The notes under the pieces were generated by a model that was not told the DNA's origin, searched no databases, and saw nothing but the letters and a program-made list of their open reading frames with translations. The translations under genes were made by a program, and so were the position numbers. A stretch of 64,000 nucleotides of DNA from Basidiobolus meristosporus CBS 931.73 (Eukaryota; Fungi; Basidiobolomycota): positions 121,202 to 185,201 of the forward strand of contig MCFE01000072.1 in the NCBI GenBank assembly GCA_002104905.1, in the 5' to 3' direction. How positions within the stretch are numbered: position 1 is the stretch's first letter; each line of letters opens with the position of its first letter. Positions 1 through 13,170 of the stretch are shown piece after piece.

Positions 1-282
1 CTGGCATAGATTTGACTGACATGTGCCAGTGCACCAACATTGCAGGGGATGGTAAGGAATCCAGTGTGGCATGCTGGCACAATCAAGAAGCAGTTGCTTG
101 CAGTCTGTATTCCTCCTCTTGAAGTTCACCTCCTAATACCTCAAGGTACTCACTTATGCTCTGCCTGATACATCAGAACTGTTGCCTTGATGAGTCCTGT
201 GTGTATTGCTCTTAGAAGCCACTTAGCTCTACTGATATATCACATAGTACATTAGTCATTTGAGGCAAAAACTCATTCAAAA

Positions 283-496
283 TAGACTTGTTCCATCATT
301 CTAGCTGATCATAGTGCCCAATAGTGCCATAGAGTGCTAGATGGTGCCTGATCATGCCACAGAGTGCCAGATGGTGCCATAGAGTGCCAATTTGGGATCA
401 AAATTGACATTCATATGACCCTAAAATATCAAATTAATAACAAAATATACAGCACTTTCTGGCACTATGATCAATGACACAATGGAACAAGTCTAA
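283..496. mobile_element. Short MITE-like element with terminal inverted repeats TAGACTTGTTCCAT...ATGGAACAAGTCTA and internal (TA)GTGCCA motif repeats
   Basis: TIRs are visible at both ends, with TA outside GACTTG/CAAGTC. There are multiple AGTGCC/TGGCACTA motifs. The same termini bound 967-1699 and 5449-6184 and occur at 3060. Confidence 0.7.
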
Positions 497-966
497 TCTC
501 TTTGGTTCCCAAAACTGCGGCACAAACAGATGCGTCCAGCCCATACTGTGCAAATTGAGCATGGAATTGTTTGTGCACAGCTTCCTCATCAAGTCCCCTC
601 ACTCTCAGCTCATTCTTGATTTCCTACTTGTCTTGTTGTATATCTTTTTACATACATCCACTGGAATCTTGATGTAGAGCTCATGCCAGAGCCTTCAACT
701 CAGATTCTTTCATTTCTGCCCACTCTCTGTGGTATCCAGCTCTGCTAGATTAACTAGTAGTGACCATGTATTGGTATGAAGGCTTATCATAGACACTTGG
801 GCCATACTAAAATCATTTGGCAAGAACTTAAATGGATCTGTCAATAACGTTTCTGGTCCAGACTGTGCTTGTGAGCTGGGGGATGTGTTTTGTCTGGGAT
901 GTACTAAATATGAGTTGAGACTTGGTAGAGGGACCATAGAGATGGATCTGGATTCTTATACAGTGG

Positions 967-1699
967 ACTTGTTCTGTTGGATAGTGCCACATTGAGCCAT
1001 GAGTGCCAAATGATGCCATAGTGTGCCAGAGAGGCCAAGTGAGCCTATACTTGGCCACAGAGTGTGAAACATGGATCTGCATCTTCATGCAAAGCAGCCC
1101 CTGTGTTTCACCTATGATGCAGGAAAAAATCCATTTTTTGACGTTTTTTTGTGGATCAATGTTATGCAGGATGTGTAAGAGCACAAAAGGATTGAAAATA
1201 TGCATTTGGTACTCAATACCCATGGCACTCTGAATCTAACTCCTGTGGCTTGTAACATGTCACAACAATGCATGGCACTATCTTGGTCCACTGGTACTAT
1301 CTGGCACTATAAGTGCTTTGTATAGATCTTACTTTAGGGCTAATAATTAAATATAGTGCCAGATAGTACCAGTGGACCAAGATAGTGCCATGCATTGTTG
1401 TGACATGTTACAAGCCACAGGAGTTAGATTCAGAGTGCCATGGGTATTGAGTACCAAATGCATATTTTCAATCCTTTTGTGCTCTTACACATCCTGCACA
1501 ACATTGACCTAAAAAAAAAGGTCAAAAAATGGATTTTCTCCAACACAATTGGTGAAACACAGGGGCTGCTTTGCATGAGGATGCAGATCTATGTTTCACA
1601 CTCTGTGTCCAAGTATAGGCTCACTTAGCCTCCCTGGCACACTATGGCATCATTTGGCACTCATGGCACAATGTGGCACTATCCAACGGAACAAGTCTA
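967..1699. mobile_element. Foldback (palindromic) element: ~345 bp inverted arms around a 40 bp spacer (1312-1351)
   Basis: The left arm GACTTGTTCTGTTGGATAGTGCC...CTGGCACTATA is the reverse complement of the right arm TATAGTGCCAG...GGAACAAGTCTA. The same spurious MGIEYQMHIF ORF is called on both strands. Confidence 0.9.
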
Positions 1700-2049
1700 G
1701 TAATATATTGGCATCAACCTGGTCTTGTATGAAATTTATATGAAAACTAATGTGATTGTTGAATATTCCATACATTATGCATAGTGCATGTTGGATTGCA
1801 TTGACATGGATCAGATCACATCATTGCAGATTTCTTATTTGATTATAGACTTGTGAGTATATTATCAATAAAGCCACAAAGTCATTGTTTCAGGATGATT
1901 TTTGCAACATAATGTTGGGATTCATGTCAATTAATGAAGATTTAGTCACAATGAATGGAAATAGATAATTAAGCTGATTACACCAAATCAATTTTAACAC
2001 CTCTACTCAATCATGGACCAATTTTTATGACTTACTCATCTGAATGGTC

Positions 2050-2781
2050 TTTTCTCATCAGTCCCATCACTACAGCCGGATATCCTTTTGACACATTAGA
2101 AGATATATATACCAAGTATTATGGACCATCTAGCCCAATCTAATCAAGGAGATCCCCTGTTAAGCTTCTCTGCTATTAAAAGAGCTATTGCCCTACAAGC
2201 TTTCAATCAACCATTGATGGCAACAGATGTACTGGAGGCTTTCATTCCCAGCTGACGGCAATGAAAACCATCTTGCAGTGGGTATGAATGACTTGGAGTA
2301 AGCCTGGAATACTATACTCAGAAGCACCAATAGACTTCCATATCTCACAGCATTCAGCCACAGGTTCCCTATTAGGAGTGTTTTGGATACCTTCCCAGTC
2401 AGGATTAACAGGCCTTCTAGAGGGCAGAGTCACTTTTATTCTGGCAAATACAAGGCACACTGTATGAAGTTTCAAGTACTGTAACATCATCTGGTTTAGT
2501 GGGTGATTTGTTGGAAGTAGGCATGGCAATGCACTCTGGGTAGAGAATCATCCAGGATTCAGTGGAGAGGAGAAGTGTAGGGCAGACTTAGCTTATATAG
2601 GAGAGGATTGTCTGAGATTAGGATGTATTACAGCTCATAGGAAGCTAAGGAATGGAGTGCTTAGCAGGAAGCAGAAGCTCTACAATGAGATATTTAATAA
2701 TCTCAGAGTGAGAGTAGAGCATACATCTGGATATGTAAAGAGATTCAGCATATTAGCAGGTAAATACAGAGGAAAGTTATG
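2050..2781 (+). pseudogene. Decayed DDE_Tnp_4-type transposase (PIF/Harbinger-ISL2EU-IS5 group); element right end at about 3060
   Basis: Manual translation gives IRSVLDTFPVRINRPSRGQSHFYSGKYKAHCMKFQV and ADLAYIG...QKLYNEIFNNLRVRVEHTSGYVKRFSILAGKYRG, matching the D..D..E blocks of DDE_Tnp_4, with stops and frameshifts. TGGCACTATCC...AACAAGTCTA terminus at 3035-3060. Confidence 0.75.
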
Positions 2782-3066
2782 AACAGGAGAAAACAGCAGA
2801 ATAGGTAAAATAGTCACAATACTTATTAAAGCACAGTACATTCATACAAGAAGACATCCACCAAGAGAAATGTGTCTGAATCTTTATGAAGAGTAAATAA
2901 AGCACAAAAAGCACTGTTCTGAGTAACATAAGTAAGGTTGATTAGAGTTACCAGTAATTGTATCTTACCACTGGCATAATGGTAGGCATAAGAGTGCTAT
3001 ATCAATCTGGCACTATAAACACGCTAGCACTATGTGGCACTATCCAGCCAAACAAGTCTAATATAT

Positions 3067-4220
3067 TCCTTCTCCCTGCTGGATAATAGTCCCCCTTTGT
3101 TGAAAAGCAAATGAATTGCTCCTGGTGGAAAGCATTTGCTCCAACAGATACCCTCTATCTTAAGCATCTCTGGATTCCATTAATTACATATTCTGGTTGA
3201 TGGCTTATAGCTTGCAAACTTTGTTGCAATTACAGATTATCTTTTATATGTTCTCTGTGCAGGAAGACAATGTCCTAGTGCTAGTGTTTGGCCAACAATA
3301 ATGTGTGTGTTATGGAGTAAGTCCCCTGGATCTCACTGATGGAGATCCCACTGACAGACAAGGCTACAACATCAAGAACTCAAAAGACTATCACAATGCC
3401 TTTGGTGGAATTTTGGAACATTAATAGGCACACCAAGGGGTTGCATCACTTCTTCAAGAGCAGTGCTCAAGAATACACACTTGAAAATTGCAAGGACCTG
3501 TTGCAATGACTGGAGGATGAGATGCTAGACCTTGCAGTGCTGGCCAAAGACCAGGATGTGTGGGAACCAGTGAACAAGCAGTGGCATAAAGCTTTTGGGT
3601 TCCCACCAAAGTCATGGAAACAGAGCATTACACCAGAAATACATATTGAGTGGTGGATTTTAATGGAGGTACTTGTTGAGTGTGGTGTTGGGCTTAATGT
3701 TAGTGTAGGGTACAGGGACTTGTATAGGTCAATATAATTAGCTATTGAGGTACAATTGAAGTTTTAACCGAAAGAAACAACTTGTTTGCATGAAAAATAA
3801 GTGAATTGGTTGAGTCAGGTAGTAAGGAGTGTGAAAAAGAGGCAATAACCAATCAATGCACACAAATGTAGGAGGTGAAAGAGTGTCTGGGATCAGAATG
3901 TGAGAAAATTGGCAGAGAACTAATTAAAAGCCACTTTTGTATTGTTGTGATGAAAAATTTTGACCAAGTTTTTTATGATATCTTGGGTGCAATTATTTTT
4001 TGACACTCTTTGCATAGTGTCCTGGTGGAATCATTACCTCTTAGTCATGGGAATTGGAATCTGTGACAGCCTTTTGATGGAATCATCACAATAATTTTTC
4101 ATAGAGAAAGTATTTCTCACAGGCTCCAAGCAATATTGATATCTATATGCAACAATACAAACACAAGGATTGGATGGACTGGATGAATATTTATTCAAGT
4201 GGCCTTCGGAAGCAATTTCT
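3067..4220. mobile_element. Fragments of the same CACTA tnp2 family as 8861-10900 (about 3070-3180 on minus; about 4100-4220 on plus)
   Basis: 3107-3170 is the reverse complement of about 9966-10035. 4108-4220 matches about 10156-10265 (TCACAGGCTCCA...TATTTATTCAAGTGG). Confidence 0.65.
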
Positions 4221-5250
4221 TAGTAGCAACTGAGTCCTGTTTGATTGGATACCTTCAGCTCCTTAGATAGGCAGGCTTTAGTCTCCTCCAATATTTCTAA
4301 GTTATTGGCAGCAATAATAAGTTCATCCGCACATAAAGCTAATAGACCTGAATCTGTTCTATCTGGCTTATTGTATATAGTATAGTCTACAGTACTCCCT
4401 CATGAACCCAAAGATTCCATATATGAGTCCATCTTGCAATTCTAGGCATTTGGTGACTGTTTGAGTCTATTTAGGGACTTTTTAAGCTTACAGATATAAT
4501 GGGAGCTATCCTGGTCAAAAAACCCATCAGGCTGGTCCATGTACCCATCCCAGCAAGTTTCCTTGTCAAAGATGCAATCTTGACATCCATTTGATGACTC
4601 AAAAGCCTATACTTACCTGTAATATACCCTATGATAAATTATTGAGATGATCCCATCAAAAGGCCATCACAAAGTTAGAGTCTTGTGATTAAGAGGTACT
4701 GATCTTGTCAGGACACCATCCAGAGACCATTGAAAAATAATTGCACCCCAGATTTCACAAAAAACTTCGTCAGAATTTTTCATCATGACAATGTATAAGT
4801 GGCTTTTGATTGGTTCCCTGCCAATTTGCTCACTTTCTGATCCCAGACACTCTATTGCCTCCTATGTTTGTGTGAATTAATTGGATATTGCCACTTTGTA
4901 CACTCCTTACTTCCTGACTCAACTGTTTCTCTTACTTTTCATGTGTACAATTTAATTTATTTCCGTTGAAACTTCAGTTGTACCTCAATTGCCAATTGTA
5001 TTGACCTATACAAGTCTCTACACCCTACACTAACATTAAGCCCAACCCCACACTCTACAAGTAACTCCATTAAAATCCACCACTCAATAAGTATCTCTAC
5101 TGCAATGCTCTGGTTCCATGACTTTAGCGGCAACCCATTGCCTTATGCCACTTTTCATTCACTGGTTCCCACATGTCCTGGTCTTCAGCCAGCACTGCAA
5201 GGTCTAGCTCCTCATCTGCCAGTCTTTGCAATAAATCCTTGCAATATTCC
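3480..5250. repeat. Diverged inverted duplication (about 3480-4125 vs 4600-5250)
   Basis: For example 3880 GAGTGTCTGGGATCAGAA...GGGTGCAATTATTTTT mirrors 4733-4855, and 3515-3590 mirrors 5145-5225. Confidence 0.75.
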
Positions 5251-5448
5251 TGTTATGAATAGACACAAGGCAGGAGAGTAGGGCTAGGCTAGGCAGGACC
5301 AGGAAAGGACTTAGGTTTGGATCAACAAGGCAAGGCAGGTTTCCAAGGCAAGGCTGTTTATTCAAGACCTGTGTTTATCAGACTGAGGAATACTTAAGGG
5401 GGGATAGGACTATATATACTTTTTGGTTATACTGATTCCAAGAGATGC

Positions 5449-6184
5449 TAGACTTGTTCCATTGGATAGTGCCACATTGAGCCATGAGTGCCAAATGATG
5501 CCATAGTGTGCCAGAGAGGCCAAGTGAGCCTATACTTGGCCACAGAGTGTGAAACATAGATCTGCATCCTCATGCAAAGCAGTCCCTGTGTTTCACCTAT
5601 GATGTAGGAGAAAATCCATTTTTTGACGTTTTTTTGTGGATCAATGTTGTGCAGGATGTGTAAGAGCACAAAAGAACTGAAGACATGCATCAGGTACTCA
5701 ATACCCATGGCACTCTGAATCTAGCTCCTGTGGCTTGTAACATGTCACAAAAATGCATGGCACTATCTTGGTCCACTGGTACTATCTGGCACTATATTTA
5801 ATTATTACCCCTAAAGTAAGATCTATACAAAGCACTTATAGTGCCAGATAGTACCAGTGGACCAAGATAGTGCCATGCATTTTTGTGACATGTTACAAGC
5901 CACAGGAGCTAGATTCAGAGTGCCATGGGTATTGAGTACCAAATGCATATTTTCAATCCTTTTGTGCTCTTACACATCCTGCACAACATTGATCCACAAA
6001 AAAACGTCAAAAAATGGATTTTCTCCAACATAATTGGTGAAACACAGGGACTGCTTTGCATGAAGATGCAAATCTATGTTTCACACTCTGTGGCCAAGTA
6101 TAGGCTCACTTGACCTCTCTGGCACACTATGGCATCATTTGGCACTCATGGCTCAATGTGGCACTATCCAACGGAACAAGTCTA
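5449..6184. mobile_element. Second foldback element, same family as 967-1699; spacer 5797-5836 is inverted relative to copy 1
   Basis: Termini TAGACTTGTTCC...GGAACAAGTCTA and arms that are reverse complements. The spacer is the reverse complement of the copy-1 spacer with one mismatch. Confidence 0.9.
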
Positions 6185-6507
6185 TTGGCTAATACTAATG
6201 GGGTTGTGGGGTGAGGCACAGCAATGTGCTGGGGATAATAATATAGAAGGCAAGGCACTGAGACAGGATGGGGAAATGGATTGGGTCACCTGATCATGTG
6301 ACTAAGTCATGTGACCTGGTATTTCCATATATGGTACTGGACTATGAGAAATACAATGGGAAGCTTCCTTGGAATGTTCCATTGTGTAACAAGGGTTTGG
6401 AATGGTCAGGAACTTTCTGGAAGGTGGTAGAAGGTTCCAGAAGGAATCTCTTAGAAATTGAGCTAGGAAGCTGAAATTTGGCATGGGTGTTCATGGTTGT
6501 CATGTGA

Positions 6508-8318
6508 TCATGACAATTTCAGTGTGTTTTCTTGAGCACTGCTCTTGAAGAAGTGCTGCAACCTCTTTGTGTGCCTATTAATGTTCCAAAACTCCACTGA
6601 AGGCATTGTGATAGTCTTTTGAGCTCTTGAAGTTGTAGTCTTGTATGTCAGTGGGATCTCCACTCTGTCAACAATGGAGGCTGTGGAGGCTGTGGTAGAC
6701 AAATTGCCTTTTTCAGCAAACTCATCTATCTTGCTGGAGTGAATCTCAACTGGCTGCACTTCCAACTCATGTGAAAACAGCTGTTTTCTGGTTGGTAATT
6801 CCTCTTGGTTATGATGGGAATCAGTCTGTTCCTGGCTTGCAGCATTAATTGGCAAGAACTGCAGTTTTTTTTACATGCCTCCCTGTCTCAGGCTTGGGTA
6901 GACATTTTTCCCTTTACCTTTTCCTTTATCACTGCCAGGTCTTTCACTGCTACTTTGTCTGAGAGCTTTTTGTAAAGAACTACTTTTTCTCCTGGATAAA
7001 TTCTGCTCTGATATACCTGTTTTGGCCTGCTTGTTCATTACTGTCACTCTTCTGGCAACATGACGTTTCTTTTCAGCTTGTTTTGAGCTCTCAACTGTAG
7101 TTGTGATGGGCTCCTGCAAAGCAGCTGGTTTTTATCACTGCCAGGTCCTTCACTGCTACTTTAACTGGGTGCTTCTTGAGTTGTACTACGCTTTTTCCTT
7201 GATAAATGTTGGGCTGGTGCATCCATGTCTGCCTGCTTGTCCCCAATTGGCACTCTTCCAGCTGCCTGACATTTCTTTGACACTTGTCTGGAGCTTTCAG
7301 CCCTGCTTGTAACATGCTCTTGAAAAAGCCACTAGCTTTTAGCCATGGCACCCTTGTTTTTCTGCCTTTGATAGTTTCCACTATTCTTAAGATACTTTCT
7401 TAGCATACCAATGCTGGCCCAAAATCTGTTTGCCCATTTGAATCCAGGATAATGCTCATGGAACAAGTCAAGTGCATTCTGCTTGGCCTTAAGTTCCTGA
7501 TGGTCCCATGGTATGCCAGCCTTAAGGTGATAGGGTGCTAGACTTCTAATGGCCTCTTGTATATTAGCCCACTCTTCATTATTGCACTCAATGGCTTCAA
7601 GGATCTTCAATGTCTTTTGATTTTTAGGCTTTGGTATAAACACCACATTGTCTCCCTCCCACGCTGTGATGGGTTTTTCTGTGGGCTTTATCTTTGGGCA
7701 CTGTTGTTGTGCTTCAAAGACTGTACAGTGTTCCTCTGCTGTTACATTGGGAAATGGCTCAGCTCTTGGCTGTGACATTGAGCTACTTGAGTTCCTTCTT
7801 TGCAGCAAAGATACTGCTTTCTCCACCTGGGATATTGATTACTCTACACATTTTATCTGCTCATCCTGTTTCTGGACTATTTCCTGATTTCTCTAGGCCA
7901 TTGCATCTATCCTATTGGCCACTGCACCTAATTGTTTCATTAATGCTTTGGTATGAGCTGTCAACATACTTGCTAATATGGGTGGTGGTGATGTTATCAT
8001 GGCCACTTGCTGATCTTCAACTGAGGGTACTGCATTTGCTACATTCTCATCTGCCTGAGCATAATGGTAAGCTTGTGGCTCCACAGAGATTCTCAATTGC
8101 CTACTTGACTGAGAGCCTGGGGAGTCCGCATTATTACCTTCAATGGGCACACTGTCCACAGGGCCTTTTTTGCATGTAGCGCTGCTTGTTGCACTGAATG
8201 TCAAAGCAAGCTGTTGCCCAATTGTTCTTCTGTTGCCATCACCAGTGAGATTTGGTTGAGAACCAGACAACTTTGCTTTACTTTTTGGCAGCATATATAT
8301 GGAAGTGAGGCAAACCAA
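6508..8318 (-). pseudogene. Broken coding-like region (Lys/Ser/Thr-rich, one globular-looking segment at 7332-7826), probably the accessory ORF of the adjacent CACTA element
   Basis: Consecutive minus-strand ORF pieces (8318-7893, 7826-7332, 7119-6871, 6855-6508) in CpG-depleted DNA, divergent from the tnp2 gene. No recognised domain. Confidence 0.35.
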
Positions 8319-8860
8319 AGGGGAAATAGTGTTACATATACGTTTGTATGTGGTGCAACAACTTTATTTATAATGCTTACTATGGCAGGTCATCATTGAA
8401 TCTTACCTTCATGTAGGTGCAATGTCTCAAGTACAAGACTGTCTTAAGTTCACATGAGTATTGACCAAAAAGTGATATAATAGTGTTACATTGTTGAAAG
8501 TCAAACTGTTTGCCCCATGGACAAGAATACTTTGACTCAATGTTGTAAGAGAAGAGAAAAAAGACCATGTGGCTATTGTGGCAAGCCTCTCAGCCATGAT
8601 GCATGTAGACAGTATAGGAAGTATTACAAGGATCATGGCCAGTGTTTTGCCACCCAAGTTATATTTGACCATTCATTGGTTACTACTGTACCAACATTAT
8701 CTTGCTGGCCAGTTGATACTTCTATATCAGCACCTGGCTGTCTTTGTCACCTTGCACAAACTGAGTCAGGTGAGTTTGTGACACCTTTAGGCTCACCTCA
8801 GCCTTCTGAATATGGAACACAGAGTGATAGCTCTGACAAAGAAGGTTCATTGATGGATTT

Positions 8861-10900
8861 GTGCCTATCTCCCCTAATAACAGTACCACATATGAGGCTG
8901 GACAGATCCCTATATGCAATGTGACAATACCCATTGAAACAAATGCCAAGGATACTTTATGGAGCCAAGTGAGCCCAGTAATCCATCTACTGGTGAATAA
9001 TGTAATGTTGTGGCTAGAGAAGTGGCGCATTTCCACTAATATCAGTGATGGGGGCTTTGTGGATTTATTACTACTTCTTACCAAAATCATTCCAGGATGC
9101 AACTTACCATGTACATGGTACAAGTGGAGAACCATCATGCAGCTGGCAACATATGATCCAGAGACTGTCCTGATTCCAGCATGTGTCAACAGTTGCATGG
9201 CATTCACATCCAAAAATGCTACTATTGCAATGTGTCCAAATTGTGAGGAATCCACAACCATTGAGGGAAAAGATTGTTCTCACTCCGGATATATTCCGGT
9301 CATACCCCATCTGAGGAAGCTGATGCAGTCCAACAAATATTGCAAAGCTATACAGTACCGCACTCAGTATCAATCAAGCACAAACATATCCAATATATTT
9401 GATGGCAAACATTGCAAACAGCTAAGCAGCAAGGGCTACTTTCAAGGTATGTATGACCATGCCTTTGCTTTAGCACTTAATGGATTCTCAATAAACAAGT
9501 ACTCTACCAGCAAATCCTGCTGGCCACTGATTCTCATCAATCTGAATCTGCCACCCATCTTACGGTATCAGAGCAATAATCTGATGGTAGTCCCACTGGT
9601 ATCTGGGTCTAAACCATCACCCAACCTGGATAGCTACCTGTATCCATTGCTGGATGAATTTTGTATGCTTTCCAGTATGATAACAGTAAGTGGCTGTCAT
9701 GTAAAAGTGCATATTATTATCTGCATTGGAGATACCCCAGCCATCAGCAAGATAGCAGGTTTTCCCAGGCACAATGGATGGTATTGCTGTTAAATGTGTG
9801 AGATCCAGGGGATTTACTCCATAACTCACACAGATTATTATTACCCAAACACTAGCACTAAGAACATCATTTTTCCACAGAGAGAATGTACAGAAGAAAG
9901 CATGCAATTACAGCAAAGTTGCCAAGCTATAAGCCATCAGCCAGAATATGGCATCAATTGGAAACCAGATACTTAAGATAGAGGGTATCTGTTGGGGTAA
10001 AAGCTTTCCACTGGGAGCAATGCATTTGCTTTTCAACAATATCCCTATATGGATGACCAGTTGTACATGGGGCATTTCAAGCTAAATGAGCCCTTTGAGA
10101 TACTGGAGAAACTTGAAAGAATTGGCAAGATATTACAGAGTATCCACTACCCTAAGTACTTCTCACAGGCTCCAATTAATATTCATATGCATATGCATCA
10201 ATACAAAAGCAAAGACTGGATGAACTGGATATGTATTTATTCAAGTGGTGTTCTGAAGCCATTCCTACCAAGAGTACATTAGAAGCATTGGGAGTCATAT
10301 GTGGACATTGTAGGAATATTTATCCAGAAGCAGATCACCAATGCCAACCTGATGCATCTAAAGCTGTTGTGTGAGGAGTTTGTGACAGGATTGAGTGGCT
10401 ATACTACAACCATAAAGCTGAATGTGTAGATCTCTGCCACTACTGTATCTATACTCTACTCCATCTTGCACTGTGTGTGGAGAATATCAGGCCTTGCATG
10501 ACCTTTTGGAAGTTTCCTATGGAGAGGATGTGTGGGGAGATAGGAAGACAAGTCAAGTCACAGGTACTACCATATCCCAATCTCATCAAGAATATTACCT
10601 TCGAGTCCATCATGGATGTGTTGAGTTGGCACATGGAGGACAGCCAGCAAGAGCTGGAAAATTCTGAGGACAGATGTGCACATGGAGACACCTATGCCTA
10701 TGGCATAATGAATTTAAGCAGTCCCAATGCCTGGGTAGTTGGTTAAGTAAAGCAATGTTAGGTTGGGTGCAACAAGCAACAAAAATTTTATTAGAAAACC
10801 CTACAAGGTATGCCAGATTTCTCTTGACTGCAAGCCAATTTCTATACCATTCAAGACAAAATTCACACAAACAAAAGCCAGAGCGCACCTATAAGGGGGA
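8861..10900 (+). mobile_element. CACTA/EnSpm-type transposase pseudogene (Transposase_21/tnp2 plus DUF4218-like region)
   Basis: CVNSCMAF...CPNC, ALNGF...SCWPLILINLNLPP..R....NLMVVPLVSGSKP..NLDSYLYPLLDE, GDTPAISK, HNG..CC.MC, and FWKFPMERMCGEI. The usual DGF motif reads NGF and there are several stops. Confidence 0.85.
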
Positions 10901-11625
10901 CTAGAATCCAGCAGGGAGAAGGAATATATTGGATAAATACCAAGAAGTTCATTGCAGATATTCAGGAGGTGTTCATGGCAGAAGTGGCAACAACCAAGCA
11001 TACATTTGCAAGATGTATATGTTACCAGCAGTACAAGGTATATGGCAACTTTTCAAGTAATACACTAAAAAGCCAAAAAGTTGAGGTGATAGAAGTATGT
11101 CAATTGTGGCAGGTGTGCGCGTTTGTAGAGGTTAGTAAGCAGGTGGCCATAGTTTTTTTTGACTCAAACTATATTTGGAATACCCAAGGTAGTAGTGGGT
11201 AAGCAAACAAAGAAAGGTGATTCTACAGTGGAATATATGAATTGCACAAGGGGAGGTAGAAAAAGGAAATACCATTTGGTAAATTGGTATGGTAGCATTA
11301 TACAGAACCAGCAGTAGGCCATCATACTGCCAATATAATGCCATCAGAATCTTGCTGTGAGGCCATTGAAATACTGTCAAGTTTCTTGCCATATAAGGCA
11401 ATTGGATGTCCTGGCTGACTGGATCCACTTAAAATAGTTATAGAGTGCTGAAAGACAGCAACAATACCATGCAAATATTGTCACAGCACCAATAAAATAT
11501 TGTCAAGTTTTATCCCTTTATTTGGCTGTAAAATTAGCAAAACACCGTCATGATCTCATCATAAGACTGTTAAGAGGGTCACTAATTCCAAGCTGCTGTT
11601 ATTATGACAGTCTCTAAACAGGATC

Positions 11626-13120
11626 TTAACAGCTGATCCAGACCGGATCTACCTGTGGGACCAAATTATTTTTCATCGGGTTAATAGCCAATATTAGTCT
11701 GATGAAATCAAACTTGACTAGCAGTACAAAGGTCTTGGTATAGTCAAGTCCTCTTGTTTGAGAGTATCCTTTGGCCACAAGTCTTGCTTTGTATCCTTCA
11801 AATGAACAATAAGCCTTGTATTTCTTCTTGAAGACCCATCTGCATTCAATTGCTTTTTGGTAGATTTGTAACTTGACTAAGCCCCAAGTTTGATTTTCCA
11901 TCAGGGCATGATACTCCTCAGTTGTTGCAGATCTCCAAAACTTTGTCTAAGAGCTATTTGGGCCTCTTTTACAGTATGTGATTCATATATATGTACTGAA
12001 TAGGCATAGTCTAACTTTGTGCACTCATTGATATGGTAATTTGGACTACTTCTGGTCTGGTTGGATCTCCTGGTTTGAGATACTAGAATGATCACCTCTG
12101 GGATATTCCTGGACACTGATTTGGGCTGAACCATGGTTTCAGAGTCCTCTGGAGTGAAAAAATTCTCATTGTTTTGCTCTGATTCAATCATGACAATGGG
12201 TGGACTTGTGATGAGATTTTTTATCAGCATCAGATGTCATTTTTTATGTAAATTTCAAATTTTTATCAAATGACACATGATCTTTTTTTGGTATTGTAGA
12301 GTCTTTATGTGTTACTTTCATTGCAGTGACCCAAAAATATGCATATTACACTTTTTGGCATTTACTTTGATTGATATCTGAGCAGTTTCTTGGTATAAAC
12401 GGTGCACCCAAGTATTCTTAGATGCTCTGTACTTGGTTGCATCCATACCATGCCTCAAATGGAGTAGAATCACAAAGTATTCTGTGATTACATCTATTTT
12501 TAAGGCACACAGCTGCATCAAGTGATTCCGTCCAAAAATCATAGCACTATTTTTGATCACAGATCATAGACCTTGCCATATCAATTATTGATCTGTTTGC
12601 ACATTCTGCTACTCCATTTTGCTGTGGAGAGTGTGGTACAGTAGCCTCTTGCTTTATCCTACAAACCTTGCAGAGGTGAATGAAGAGTTTTGCGGTATAT
12701 TCTCCACTATTGTCAGAGTTTGTTTTCTTGATTTTTTCACCAGTTCCTCTCTCTGCCATGGCCTTAAGCTCCCTGAGCTTAGACAGAGCTTCTTCCTTTC
12801 TTTCCATGGAGTAGACCCATGTGTATCTTGTATAATCATCACAGAAAGTGATTGAATACTTCATCCCACTAATAGCTATTCAGCATGGCAACTATCACAT
12901 CTTCATTAGTAGTTGGTATGCCTGCAGATTCTGTCTCATCCACCAGCAGGGTAATTCTGCTAATTGAATTTTCTTTTTTTTTCTCCTGGCAGCATCTTGG
13001 TAGTTAAGAATTTTTGTATGATATATTTTCTTAGCTGATGAACATGACTGATATGTGTCTTTTAATGCCTTCCAAGCATTCATTACTGCTTTTACTCTAG
13101 AGCATGGAATTAGCAATTGG
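11626..13120 (-). mobile_element. Ty1/copia LTR retrotransposon remnant (gag piece, integrase core, start of RT)
   Basis: Integrase DDYTRYTWVY...SDNSGEY...PHSPQQNGVAE.ANR at 12547-12864. RT CRWVFKKK...YKARLVAKGYSQ..GLDY at 11626-11901. gag-like AWKALKDTY at 12895-13116. Confidence 0.9.
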
Positions 13121-13170
13121 TCTTTGATATTAAAGCAAATGCAGTTAATGTAATAAGAGTCATGGAGATA

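Noticed and set aside
828-6113. Four similar ORFs starting MGIEY(Q/L)MH
   Set aside because: They are the arms of the two palindromes read on opposite strands, differ in length by random stops, and show no protein-like motif.
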